A model generated the notes under the pieces. That model ran no database searches. It was not told the DNA's origin and worked only from the letters and a program-made list of their open reading frames with translations. The position numbers and the translations under genes were made by a program. A DNA stretch of 64,000 nt from the human T2T-CHM13v2.0 reference genome, Homo sapiens: the NCBI RefSeq assembly GCF_009914755.1, contig NC_060926.1. One strand, 5' to 3'. Below, one piece after another: positions 13,240 through 26,892 of this stretch; the first letter of the stretch is position 1, and every line of letters begins with the position of its first letter.

Positions 13240-14961
13240 GGGGTTTCTAGAGTTGGCTGCTTAATATGACTAGACCCCAAAATGCTATGGAATCTCCTTC
13301 TAATCATATGGAGAACACTGATAGTACTTGACATGAACTGTTTAGAGAGTTATGCAAAATAAATGCACTTAACACTCCTGATTCACCACTCGTGAGAGGC
13401 AAAGAGTTTAGTGACTCTATACATACATAACACCTTTGACCATATGTGGAGAACCAAGGAACGTAATGAAACTGGTTGCTTGCTCCTAAGTTTAGTGGAC
13501 AAAGTGATGAAAGAAAATGATGAACTCAGGGATTCTGTCTCTGGGCTTTAGAAGCAGATACTGAGCCTCAGATCTCCTAAGATTGCCCTGAGGGAGAGTC
13601 TTATCTCCTCTAGAGAAAGAACTGAAATTGTGGAAAAATAGACATGCTATCATGTGAGTGGCTGATCTGCAACGAAAGATGCATGCACAGCCTCACCAAG
13701 TGTTTATTGTTAAAGTGAGGGCATTGATTGGAAAAGAATGAGACCCTGCATCTCGGAATGGGCACATGTGGGAGGATTCTGATGAAGCTGGGGATACTGA
13801 GTTTGTAAACTCTGATGAACCTTTTTTGTCAAAAGGAACAGCTTCCCCATCCCCAGTAGTGGCAACATCCCCTCCCAACCCATGCTGTCATCAGCTTTTC
13901 CATCTTTGTCTGAGGAGATAAACCCTGTGCTGCCTGAGGCAACAGTGATAGCCTTCCTGCTCTGCGGGAGGCAATGGTGATAGCCTCCCCTGAGGCAGTT
14001 GCCAGGCATGATAATGTTGATTCTCCTCAGGAGCCACCCCCATCACCTCTGTTTGCTTCTAGACCTATAACTAGACTAAGTTCTGGTAGGTCCCTAGAGT
14101 TTAGTTTGACAATGTGACTCATGAGGTGAGCTACACTCAAAAAGAACTGTTTGAGTTTTCTAATCTATATAAGTAGAAACCTGGAGAACAGGCATAGAAA
14201 TGGATATTAAGGGAATGGGATAATGATGGAAGGAACATAGAGTTGGATCAGGCTGAATTTATTTATTTGAGCCCACTAAATAGGGGCTCTGCTTTTAATG
14301 TTGCAGCTTGGGGAGTTAAAAAAAAAAGGTTCTAATAGTTTATTTGCTTGGTTAGCTGAAATATGGATTAAAAGGTGGCCCACTGTGAGTGAGCTGGAAA
14401 TGCCTGATCTCCCTTGGTTTAATGTAGAGAAAAGGATCCAAAGGCTTAGGGAGACTGGGATGGTGGCATGGATTAATCACTTTAGACATACTCATCCCAG
14501 CTAGGAGGGTCCAGAAGATATATCCTTGACAAATGCCTTGTGAAACACATCGGTGAGGGCAGCACCTGCTCTTTGAAGAGCCTGTAATTGCTCTTCTCTG
14601 TATGTCAGATCTAAGAGTGGGAACCACAGTCACTCAACTACAAAATTTAAATGCATTAGAGATAATTGCACTCAACCATCAAAGGCAAGGTGGGCATGGC
14701 TACCATAATGGACAGCAGAGACAAAGCAGCAATAAGAATAGTCTGACTCGTGTAGAGCTCTGGCATTGGCTAATTAATCACCGTGTTCCTAGAAGTGAAA
14801 TTGATAGGAAGCCTACTGCATTCCTACTTAATTTATATAAGGAGAAAACTTCTAGGTTGAATGAACAAAAGACTAATTTGAATTACAAAAAAAGGGAATC
14901 ATGGCCCCTCAACAAATTTCCATACTTCAGTCACTTTACACTCCCAGAACCCCTTGAATGA
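13240..14961 (+). pseudogene. gag: HERV-L gag remnant (stops and frameshifts)
   Basis: ORF fragments 14298-14504 (NSLFAWLAEIWIKRWPTVSELEMPDLPW) and 14602-14961 (LWHWLINHRVPRSEIDRKPT) match ERV-L Gag; start approximate. Confidence 0.85.
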
Positions 14962-14979
14962 AGGGGAGGCTGGGTCCCT

Positions 14980-17900
14980 TTGAGGAAGGACCCCACTACA
15001 TTACTGACAATTTATGCAGTGCATCTTTCTCCCATCCTTCCCCAAGGAAACTTAAGGCCTTTTACCAGGGTAACTGTGCACAGGGGAAAGGGAAATGGTC
15101 AGTTATTTTGGGGACTCCTGGGCACTGGCTCTGAACTGACGTTGATTCCAGGAGACCCAAAAGATCACTGTGGTCCTCCAGTTAAAGTAAGGTCTTATGG
15201 AGGTCAGGTAATTAATGGAATTTTAGCTTAGGTCCTACTTACAGTGGGTTCAGGGGGTCCCCAGACTCATCCTGCAGTCAATTTTCCCCAGTGCCAGAAT
15301 GCATAATTGGCATAGACATACTTAGCAATTGGCAGAACCCCCACACTGACTCCCTGACTGGTAGGGTGAGGGCCATTATGGTGGGAAAGGCCAAATGGAA
15401 CCCATTAGAGCTGCCTCTACCTAGAAAAATCATAAATCAAAGACAATATCACATCCCTGGAAGGACTGCAGAGATTAGCGCCACCATCAAGGACTTGAAG
15501 TTGCAGGGGTAGTGATTCCCACCACATCCATGTTCAGCTCTCCCATTTGACCAGTGCAGAAGACAGATGGATCTTGGAGAAGGACAATGGATTACTGTAA
15601 GCTTAACCAAATTGTGACTCCAATTGCAGCTCTTGTACCAGATGTGGTTTCATTGCTTGAGCAAATTAACACATCTCCTGGTACCTGGTATGCAGCCATT
15701 GACTTGGCAAATGCCTTTTTCTCCATTCCTGTCCGTAAGGCCCACCAGAAGCAATTTTCTTTCAGCTGGCAAGGCCAGCAATGTACCTTTACTGTCCTAC
15801 CTCAGGGGTTTATCAATTCTCCCGCTTTGTGTCATAATCTTATTCTGACAGACCTTGATCACTTTTCATCTCCACAAGATATCATATTGGTCCATTACAT
15901 TCATGACATTATGCTGATTAGATCCAGTGAGCAGAAAATAGCAAACACACTGAACTTATTGGTGAGATGTTTGCATACCAGAGGATGGGAAATAAATCCA
16001 ACTAAAATTCAGGGACCTTCCAACTTCGTAAAATTTCCAGGAGCCCAGTAGTCTGGGAGTCCTGTTGAGACATTCCTACTAAGGTGAAGCATAAGTTGCT
16101 GCACTTGGCCCCTCCTACAACCCAGAAAGAGGCACAACACCTGGTAGGCCTATATGGATTTTGGAGGCAACACATTCCTCATTTGGGTGTGTTACTCCGG
16201 CCAATTTATTGAATGACCAAAAGGCTGCCAGTTTTGAGTGGGGTCCAGAACAGGAGAAGGCTCTGCAACAGGTCCAGGCTGCTGTGCAAACTGCTCTGCC
16301 ACTTGGGCCCTGTGACCCAGCAGATCCAATGGTGCTTGAAGTATCAGTGGCAAATAGGGATGCTGTATGAAGCCTTTGGCAGGTCCCCATAGGTGAATCA
16401 CAGCAGAGGCCTCTAGAATTTTGGAGCAAGGCCCTGCCATGTTCTGCAGATAAGTATTCTCCTTTTGAGAGACAGCTCTTGGACTATTACTGGGCTTTGG
16501 TGGAAACTGAACATTTGACCATAGGTCATCAAGTCACCATGTGACCTGAATTGCCTATCATGAACTGGGTGCTTTCTGACCCATCAAGCCATAAAGTGGG
16601 TCATAAAAATCAGCATTCCATCACCAAACGGAAGTGGTATATACGTGACTGGGCTCAAGCAGGTCCTGAAGGCACACGTAAGTTACATGAGGAAGTGGCT
16701 CAAATGCCCATGGTCTCCACTCCTGCTACCCTCCTCCTCTTCCCCAGCCTGCACCAATGGCTTCATGGTGAGTTCCCTATGATCAGTTGACAGAGGAAGA
16801 AAAGACTAGGGCTTGGTTCACAGATGGTTCTGCACAATATGCAAGCACTACCTGAAAGTGGACAGCTGTAGCACTACAGCTCCTTTCTAGGATAACCCTG
16901 AAGGACAGCAGTGAAGGAAAATTTTCCCAGTGGGCAGAACTTTGAGCAGTACACCTGGTTGTGCACCTTGCATGGGAGGAGAAATGGCCAGATGTGCGAT
17001 TATATACTGTTCATGGGTCATAGCCAGTGGTTTGGCTGGATTGTCAGGGACTTAGACAAAGCATGATTAGAAAATTGGTGACAAAGAAATCTGGGGAAGA
17101 GGTATGTGGGTGGACCTCACTGAGTGGTCAAAAACTGTGAAGATATTTGTTTCCCATGTGAGTGCTCACCAATGGGTGACCTCAGCAGAGGAGGATTTTA
17201 ATAATCAAGTGGATATGATGATCCATTCTATGGATACTCCTCAGCCTCTTTCCCCAGCCACCTCCGTCATTGCCCAATAGGCCCAGGAACAAAGTGGCCA
17301 CGGTGGCAGGGATGGAGGTTATGCATGGGCTCAACAACATGGATTTCCACTCACCAAGGCTGACCTGGCTACAGCCACTGCTGAATGCCCAATTTGGCAG
17401 CAGCAGAAACCAATGCTGAGCCCTCTGTAAGGCACCATTCCTCAGGGTGATCAGCCAGCTACCTGGTGGCAGGTTGATTATATTGGACCTCTTCCATCAT
17501 GGAAAGGGCAGAGGTTTGTCCTCACTGGAATAAACACTTACTCCAAATATGGGTTTGCCTATCTTGCATGCCATTCTTCTGCCAAAACTAATATCTGTGG
17601 ACTCGCAGAATGCCTTATCCACCATCATGGTATTCCACAAAGCATTGTCTCTGACCAAGGCACTCACTTTATAGCTAAAGAACTGTGGCAGTGGGCTCAT
17701 GCTCATGGAATTCACTCGTCTTACCATGTACCCCAGCATCCTGAGGTAGTTGGATTGATAGAACAGTGGAATGGCCTTTTGAAGTCACAATTACAATGCT
17801 AACTAGGTGACAATATTTTGCAGGGCTGGGGCAATGTTCTCCAGAACGCCGTGTATGATCTGAATCAGCATCCAATATATGGTACTGTTTCTCCCATAGC

Positions 17901-17990
17901 CAGGATTCACGGGTCCAGGAATCAAGGGGTAGAAGTAAAAGTGGCAACACTCACCATTAACCCCAGTGATCCACTAGCAAAATTTTTGCT
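14980..17990 (+). pseudogene. pol: HERV-L pro-pol remnant (protease, RT, RNase H, integrase)
   Basis: Protease LLGTGSELTLIPG; [19 protein letters not shown] and YIHDI; RNase H WFTDGS (~16814); integrase WQVDYIGPLP and SDQGTHF; many in-frame stops. Confidence 0.92.
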
Positions 17991-17994
17991 TCCT

Positions 17995-18290
17995 GTTCCT
18001 GCGGCATTACATTCTGCTGGCCTAGAGGTCTTCGATCCAGAGGGAGGAATGCTGCCACCAGGAGACACAACAATGATTCAATTAAACTGGAAGTTAAGAT
18101 TGCCACCTAGACACTTTAGGATCCTCCTACCTTTAAGTCAACAGGCTAAGGAGGGAGTTACAGTGTTGGCTGGGGTGACTGACCCGGACTATCAAGATGA
18201 AATCAGACTACTACTCCATAATGGAGGTAAGGAAGCATATGCATGGAATACAGGAGATCCATTAGGGCATAGCTTAGTATTACCATGCCC
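17995..18290 (+). pseudogene. dut: HERV-L dUTPase domain downstream of integrase
   Basis: Within ORF 17818-18450: SAGLEV...LPPGDTTMIQLNWKLRLPP...GVTVLAGVTDPDYQDEIRLLLHNGG; the position after integrase is typical of ERV-L. Confidence 0.85.
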
Positions 18291-18823
18291 TATGATTGGG
18301 GTCAATGGGAAATTACAACAGCCCAATCCAGGCAGGACTACAAATGGTCCAGACCCCGCAGGAATGAAGGTTTGGGTCACTCCACCAGGGGAAAAAACCC
18401 ACAACCTGCTGAGGTACTTGCTGAAGTCAAAGAGAATACAGAATGGATAGTAGAAGAAGGTAGTCATCAACACCACCTACAACCACATGACCAGCTGCAG
18501 AAACGAGGACTGTAATGGTCATGATTATTTCCTCTTTCTTTTGCTAAAAACATGTTTGTGTATGTATACACTTGTACTAAGAAAATATCTTCATTTTATT
18601 TCCTTTTCCTTTATCATGTGACATAAGATTTATTGACTTCGTATCAGCATTTAAGTATTGTTAACTTTATGTAATAGTATTTGAGTTGGGGATTGGTGCT
18701 TTTCCAGTTGTATGAAGGATAGTTGTATTATGTTAGGCATAATTATGACCTTATTGTCTTTACTTGGATATCATGTGTGATCTCAGCAGATCTGTATGGG
18801 TTCAAGTTGACAACGGTTGGACT

Positions 18824-19201
18824 TGTGATGGTTAATACTGAGTGTCAACTTGATTGGATTGAAGGATACAAAGTGTTGATCTAGGGTGTGTCTGTAAGGG
18901 TGTTGCCAGAAGAGATTAACATTTGAGTCACTGGGCTGGGGAAGGCAGATCTACCCTTAATCTGGTGGGCACAATCTCATCAGCTGCCAGCAAATATAAA
19001 GCAGGCAGAAAAACGTGAAAAGGAGAGACTGGCCTAGACTCTCAGCCTGCATCTTTCTCCTGAGTTGGATGCTTTCTGCCCTCAGACATCGAACTCCACG
19101 TTCTTCAGTTTTGGGACTCAGAATGGCTCTCCTTGCACCTCAGCTTGCAGACAGCCTATTGTAGGACCTTGTGATCATGTAAGTTAATACTTAATAAACT
19201 C

Positions 19202-19255
<54 letters not shown>

Positions 19256-19293
19256 TATTAGTTCTGTCCCTCTAGAGAACCCTGACTAATACA
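18824..19293 (+). promoter_or_regulatory. HERV-L 3' LTR (MLT2A1-like, 470 bp, with (AT)25 expansion)
   Basis: Direct repeat of the 5' LTR; retains TATAAA (18995-19000), GTAAGT (19179-19184) and AATAAA (19193-19198). Confidence 0.93.
19204..19253. repeat. (AT)25 microsatellite inside the 3' LTR
   Basis: Pure 50-bp AT run; the 5' LTR has only about 4 units at the same site. Confidence 0.95.
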
Positions 19294-19610
19294 CCAGGGT
19301 ATGTGAAAACTTAGCATAGCCTTTATTATAAAGAAAAAGTAAAATTCAGCATATTTAGGCTCCATGTGCTTCACTAGTTTTTCTAAAATCTGGTAATTTT
19401 ACCAATGGATGAAATGTAATTTAATTAGGTAAAGCTGAAGTTCAAATATAGAGTGGAACTGATAAGTAATAAGCCTAACCCATATGATTGTATTCAATAT
19501 ATTTGAAAAGTGTCATTGGAAGTTAATAGGAGGAAATAATATGATCAATTATTTTGTAAGGAAAGGAAGTCAATGGAAAGAAAAAAATACTAATTAATAC
19601 CAAATTTTTC

Positions 19611-19911
<301 letters not shown>

Positions 19912-20385
19912 AATACCAAATTTTTCAAAAGGTGAAAAAATACATTCCACTTAACATTTCCAGTCAACTTCTCCACTTTGTCCTACAAAAAGCTATTTTT
20001 TCTATTTTAAAAAATGTGACTTATTAAACTAATGAGAACTAATAATTACATTTTCCCAGAAAACAAAGTCAAGATTTCCACCCTCTCTTTTATTATGAGC
20101 TAGTATTTGTAGCATGGAACATGTTTTTCATAAACATTCTTAGGTATCCTTAAAAGTTAATAGTTAGTGTCCATCCTGAACATTTTACCTTTCATCTGTA
20201 TTCAATTAATCCAGTTTTCAAATAAGTAATCAACATAATAAGCACTATGATAGAGGTTTAAGAATTACAGAAATTTTAAGTAAGTGTATGGATATTCTAA
20301 TACACATTCCAGTATGGGCCAATATAAGTATAAAGCTAATTCTCTGTCACTTACATAGTACACTAAAATATAACTCTTCATAAAA

Positions 20386-20388
<3 letters not shown>

Positions 20389-20429
<41 letters not shown>
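20389..20429. repeat. (TG)20 microsatellite
   Basis: Pure TG run. Confidence 0.95.
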
Positions 20430-20431
<2 letters not shown>

Positions 20432-22843
20432 TCAACATGGGCAACTAACATTTCTTTCTTCAACATTGGTCTTCAAACTGCCAAAACTCTTATACTGTGT
20501 TCTAATTATTCTCATATGCTTAGCTGAGACCTTTCACAAAAAAAGCTCTTCAAAAATTGTCATTATATGGAATTGAATCAAATCACACTATTACTTGTCA
20601 TGAAGTAGAATTCAGTATCACATAGAATGTCATGTTAACCTGTCCTGTTTCAGACTCAAATCCAGTGATTTCAGCGGTATTCACAACTGACTTTTTCAAA
20701 ATATTCCATAATGAGAAGGTACTTAATATGGTTTCTTTAACTGTAATCTCTAAGATAATATTGTCATGACATGTCAGGGTACAGGCACTCTTTTAAGGTA
20801 TACTTGCACACAAACAAACAGTAATGATTTTAATGCATGTGTCAAATCTAAATCTTTGTCCCTACTGTTTTGTGTACCCAACAGAGGTGATTTCAAAGGA
20901 AGAAGACTGGAAGAGATACACACATGAATTGCGTACATCAGAATGAAATGTCTATATAATTTTGAAAATCAAACTGTTTATAAACTGTTTGAAAGATTCA
21001 TTTCGGCCTTACATTTGCTAATCGCACAAGATGTTACAGAATACCACCATTTGTTATCTACAAATCCAAAGAACAAATGAATAAACTGTATTCAGCCATG
21101 TGTATAATCATCCCTCAGTTGATCCTCAGTGCATTCATAGCATAGTGGGAGTGTGGCTTTTTCTGCCTCTTCTCTGTAACATATAAAAGGTATTAACTTT
21201 CACTTAAAAAGGAAATAATGAAAGAAAGAAGCAGCAGCTTCTGTTGGTACATAAACATCAGGCATGGAGATTCTATACTGCATCCTAGGAGAAACCAGGG
21301 AACCAAAATAATGAGCTTAAAACCGCAGAAATCATTGTTTATGATTCAATTATTTGAAAGCAGTTACTAAAAAAAACTTACATGATACTAGTATATTTTC
21401 CTTTGTAATATATGCTACTTTGTTTATCCATCCCAGAAATTTGTCTTTATTTTAATTGCTGTTAAGCTCTTTGCTGGAGGTTTTAGTTTCATCCTCTCAT
21501 ACTCCCAGGTTTTCTATTTGGACTTTGTAGCTTGTGGTCACTGAGGTTACATTTGCTTTTCCTCTTTTATGTTTAGCTTCATTGCCTCAAACTTTTCTTT
21601 CCACTGAATGCATATGAGGTCATTTATCTCTTCATATTTCTATTCAGTCTAAGCACAGATTGTATGTGTGTGTGTTTTGTTGCTTGTTTCTTTTAATAGA
21701 AGTGTGGCTTCTATCATTCTTTCCTAACTCATTAAAATATCCAGATTTCTTTTACTAGTGCTTATTTCTTCTTTATCATGGAATAGCACAAAACATCACC
21801 ACTATGTATTACTTTGAAATGGATTTAGCCATCAGTTTACTGTATCTTAGAAATGTATTTCCAGTTTGTTATAAAATCAAATGCACATTAATCAACTAAA
21901 ATACATCAGCAGAATTATTTTATTGCCAACGATAAATATCAGCAGACTTCTGAAATTTTATTGGTAGGAAGAGGTACAAAATTTACTAGACACTAGCTGC
22001 TTTTGGTAATTTGTGATTTTAAAAAGCAATTTATATAATAGCAAGTAAATTTTATTGAAAGAAAAAGCTAATTAAATCAAATGTGCATTTCTGTTAAAAG
22101 ATTGCAGGCTGTATTTAATTACATATAGCTTTCCCCAATAAGATGATAATGATAAATATTACTCTAAATTACAATTGCTACCATATTTTTTCCAATCTGG
22201 TTTGACTACATTTCACAATTTTTATTATTGCTTTTATTGTCATTATTTGTATTTACCTAAGCTTCTTTGTAGACTATATTAGCTATTCACATTGCATTAA
22301 TTTTTGACCCACAAGGGCAAAAAGTATCAAATTCTGTTCACTGATCCATGAGCAGCATGAAAAATGACATTCATAGGTATAAAATATTCTTGGACAGGTA
22401 CCAGGCTTGGATAAACACCCCCTACTATCACAAATTTTTAAATTATAATTTATAATTATAGCTACTGATATAGCTATAATTAATATTAATACAGCCAAAA
22501 TAGACACTTATTGTAGGTTTGGGATATATGTAATTTTTGTAAGCTTATTGTAATATCCATTCCTTTTTCTCCCATTCAAGGCATTAGCAGAAAGAGCATA
22601 AGTTATGGGAATGACCTTGCCTATACACTAACGTGTTTAAAAAGGAATGAATCATTTAAAAAGTCTGGTTACAAATTACTTGCTATGCACTTCAGAGGTG
22701 ATGTTGACATGCTGGTGTGCCTCATGATCCTAAGAACCACTAAACCAGAATTTTATTTCAAACACAACAGAAGAAGAACAATGGCAATAATAACCTAAAT
22801 GGCAACAGAATGGGGAGAAAAAGTATGACTATATCAATGTCCT

Positions 22844-23322
22844 TGTGATAGGCAGAATAATGGCTCTCCAAAATGGGCACACCTCAATCCTTGTAATATG
22901 TGACTATATTAACTTACATGGCAATAGGGATTTTACAGATACAATAAATGTAGGGTGCCTGAGATGGGAAATTGTCCTGGATTATCTAAGTGAGCCCAGT
23001 GTAATCCTTTTCTGGGTCCTTTTTTGGGAAAGAAAAAGAAAGTTCAGAGTTAAGAGGAGATGTGAGGACAGAAGCATACTGGAGTGATGAGATTGCTGAC
23101 TGGAGGCCATAAGCCAAGGAACACAGATAGATAGGCACCAGAAGCTGAAAAAGAAGAAACTGATTCTTTCCTAGAGGCTCAAAAAATACAGTTCTGCTGA
23201 CTCCTTGATTTTAGTCTAATGAAACCCATTTTGGACTTCTGACTTCCAGATAACAACATGTGTGTTGTTTGAGCCACTATGTTCTTAGTAATTTGTTAAA
23301 GCAGCAATAAGAAACCTACACA
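22844..23322 (+). mobile_element. Solo MaLR LTR (MLT1D-like)
   Basis: tgtgataggcagaataatggc...gagatgggaaattgtcctggattatc...gtaatttgttaaagcagcaataagaaacctacaca; TSD gtcct/gtctt. Confidence 0.88.
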
Positions 23323-23441
23323 GTCTTCAAACCAGTAAAAGCATATTACTATATACTGACTCTATCTTCTGAATGACCTACTGCCTAATAAGAATTTTGT
23401 CGATAATGACTCCATTACAGATTTAATGCAGGAAGATTTCA

Positions 23442-23675
<234 letters not shown>

Positions 23676-25634
23676 CTATATACTAGGCTCCCTATTATGA
23701 AGTAGAAAGTAGAGAATGAAGAATATTTTAAGAAGAATCCGAGAAGGAGGCAGACTTTTTATCTCAGTCCAGTTGGGGAGAAGGCCGTGAAAATAAATGT
23801 ATCTATAGAATTGTTGAGGATTATGACAAAGACTTGGTATATGAATAAACCAGAAATTTTCTGTGAAGCTGGAGAGTATTTCAAAGAAAAGTTCATATTT
23901 GCACTGTGTATACAAAATGAAAGTATGAGAAGAATTTATAGCCATGTATCATAATGTTGGAAAAATCATAAACTACTTGTTAAGACCATTTGATATTAGA
24001 TAGAATTTACCGATTGAAAATATCCTCAAATAGAACTGACCAAATTGATACAATCATGTCTTTGACCTATGTAAGGGCCTCTTTATAATCAGCTATGACC
24101 ACCTGTCCTCATATGTTTTGATGCAATAAAAATCAAATTATATAGTCATCAGTAAGTTGCTGTGGATTAAAAGAGTAGCTCTATTTTCATTAGTTATTAA
24201 ATTTTAACTTAGTATTAAAATTGACACACACCTAGTTTATCTTTAATAGTGTTTTTTAATAACCTAACAGTGCTACACAAATAAATTATAGCAAAACTAG
24301 AAAACATATATTTTTAAAACTTCACCACTTCAAATATTATTAACTCTAGTATCTGAAGTAATGTTCCGATAGTTTCCAACATTTAAGTATAGCCGAACAT
24401 CAACCATGTAGTAAAATACTATACTGCAGACTTAAGCATACGTTCCTTTCATTTCTGTCTAGTTGCTACAGGGCACAGCTATTCATACCTACAAAGCCAG
24501 TTAGATTTACATGTGAGGGGCAACTGGGTTGAAATGAAGGTTGCATCACCAGAGAAAGCATGTAGCACAATAGAACAACAGAAGGATTGTCTCAGGCACC
24601 TCTTTCCTACATTGCATGGCTTGTGAGTGTGCAGGGTTTTTTTTTTTTTTTTCCAGATATTTATCAGAGGCAGTTACTATCATTCTTTTTGTTGTAGAAA
24701 ATAAATGGATGGGTGGGAAAAATGTCATGAGTAGAGCAGAAAGTTATGTGTGGAATGAAGGGGGAGGATGAAGGGAGGGAATAACTTACCAAGGTTCTTT
24801 AAATCATGCCAGCCTAATGACCTTGCATATTTTATTAACACATACACTTTCCAACCCCCAGAGAAACTTAAAGCCTTGTGACAATGTCAGTCTTCTGAAA
24901 AGATTAAACTATAATTCTTTTAAACTTAACATTTTAAAATAAGTAAAAATAACATTTAACAGTTTTTTGACACCTTTGTATATGAAAACATTTGTGTCTA
25001 CAATTTTGGTCAGTTTACAATTACAAATGTTTTAAACTACTACACACACTCAAATGTGCAAGGGAATATGACCTAGAAACCAAAAACAAATTTAGCTTTC
25101 CTGGCCAATATATAAGTCAGTGAAATTTAATGGTAGCTCAGGACATCTTTATAGGAATGCGTGGGATGACATGAGTAGGAAAATTAGTATTTAATTGGAG
25201 AGAATAGAATCTGTTATCATTTTAATGCATTCAGACCTACATATTTAAAAATAATTTTAACATATATACACAAACAATATGTATAAAAATAGAGCTTAGA
25301 ATCAGCATTTAAAACTGCATCTTACAATTTGCTTACTCTGTATAAGAATAGAAAAAACTGACTCTAAGTTTAAAATTCATTTGACCAATTAATTCCTCTC
25401 CACAGTGCTTATCTACATACTAGAAATATTAAAATAAGAGATAAAAAGTTAAAATTTGTTTTTAAAACATAAATATTTTAAGACATACTACAATTATTTC
25501 CATTCAAGGAAATGTAAAAGGTAGCATTACTAATATAGTTCTCAAAACTGTATAATTTCTAATAGAAAAATTTAGTTCTCTGTTAACATTTGTTAATTTA
25601 TCTTACTGGAACAAATAGACCCTACAATGAGATA

Positions 25635-25800
25635 AAACATGTTCAAACTCTTGCTCTGACATTTTAAAGTTGTATAACTTGGGGCAAATCACTCGACTAG
25701 TCAAATACTTCTTTTCAACTAGAAAACAGGGATTATATCTACATACCCACAGGATTGTTATGAGGATTTTCTGACTATAAAAATGTTATATGATGATAAT
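25635..25800 (+). mobile_element. Degraded MIR
   Basis: gttcaaactcttgctctgac...aacttggggcaaatcact...cccacaggattgttatgaggatt. Confidence 0.6.
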
Positions 25801-26568
25801 CAAGTATCAAGCATATAACTCTATAGGTGTTGCTTCTTATATCTTCCCCTTACCCCCTCCGCATATAGACTCTAACCCTTGCAAGTCTACTTTGTAAAGA
25901 AAGACCTACATTGATTTCCCATTTAAGGTCCATGGGACAAAAAGAGATGCTCAAAGGCAGACAGAAGTGATACAAACTCCTTCTGCCTTCAAAAATGGAG
26001 ATATTCAAGAATGCACCCAAGCTATATCTAGCAATTGTACTCATTGATAGAACAAGTAAGAGAATTTCCAAAACAAATAACACATGATCAACATTGCACT
26101 TGTTAGGTTCAGTGTTTTGTTTTTTGTTTAAATAGGGTTCTTATTTAAATATATTGCATTGATATCTACCAAAATTTGATATTAGGTTAATTTCTTTTGT
26201 TTTTGTGAGATTTGTGTTAAGCAACTTGTCACCTCTTTGTATAGCAAACGAGGTATGCTTTTTAATGTTTCCATATGATTATTACACCAGGGTCTTTTGT
26301 TATTGTTGTTATTTTAAAATTTTAAAATCATTTTACCTAGTTACCATAGAAATGTTAGTTACACATTGCTAAAAGAAATCATGAAATGAGAATGTAGGAC
26401 TACAGATTTTAATCATGTTTAACATATTTAAACGTAGTTTTATCAACCTGTCAGACATCTTTGACAAAGAGTACTAGAAAAAGTATTTTCTCTCTTCTTT
26501 CCAGAATCACTGGGTGCATGAATTGCAAATCTTCCATATATCAACAGAAACAATACTATATTCCTTAA

Positions 26569-26892
<324 letters not shown>

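Larger units (their letters stand above)
12748..19293 (+). mobile_element. Full-length defective HERV-L provirus (LTR-gag-pro/pol-dUTPase-LTR, no env)
   Basis: Two direct TG...CA LTRs, exact 5-bp TSD CCAGG (12743-12747 and 19294-19298), primer-binding site, and protease, RT, RNase H, integrase and dUTPase motifs in HERV-L order. Confidence 0.97.

Noticed and set aside
13693-18476. Minus-strand ORFs inside HERV-L
   Set aside because: Antisense shadows of gag, pol and dUTPase codons with no independent motifs.
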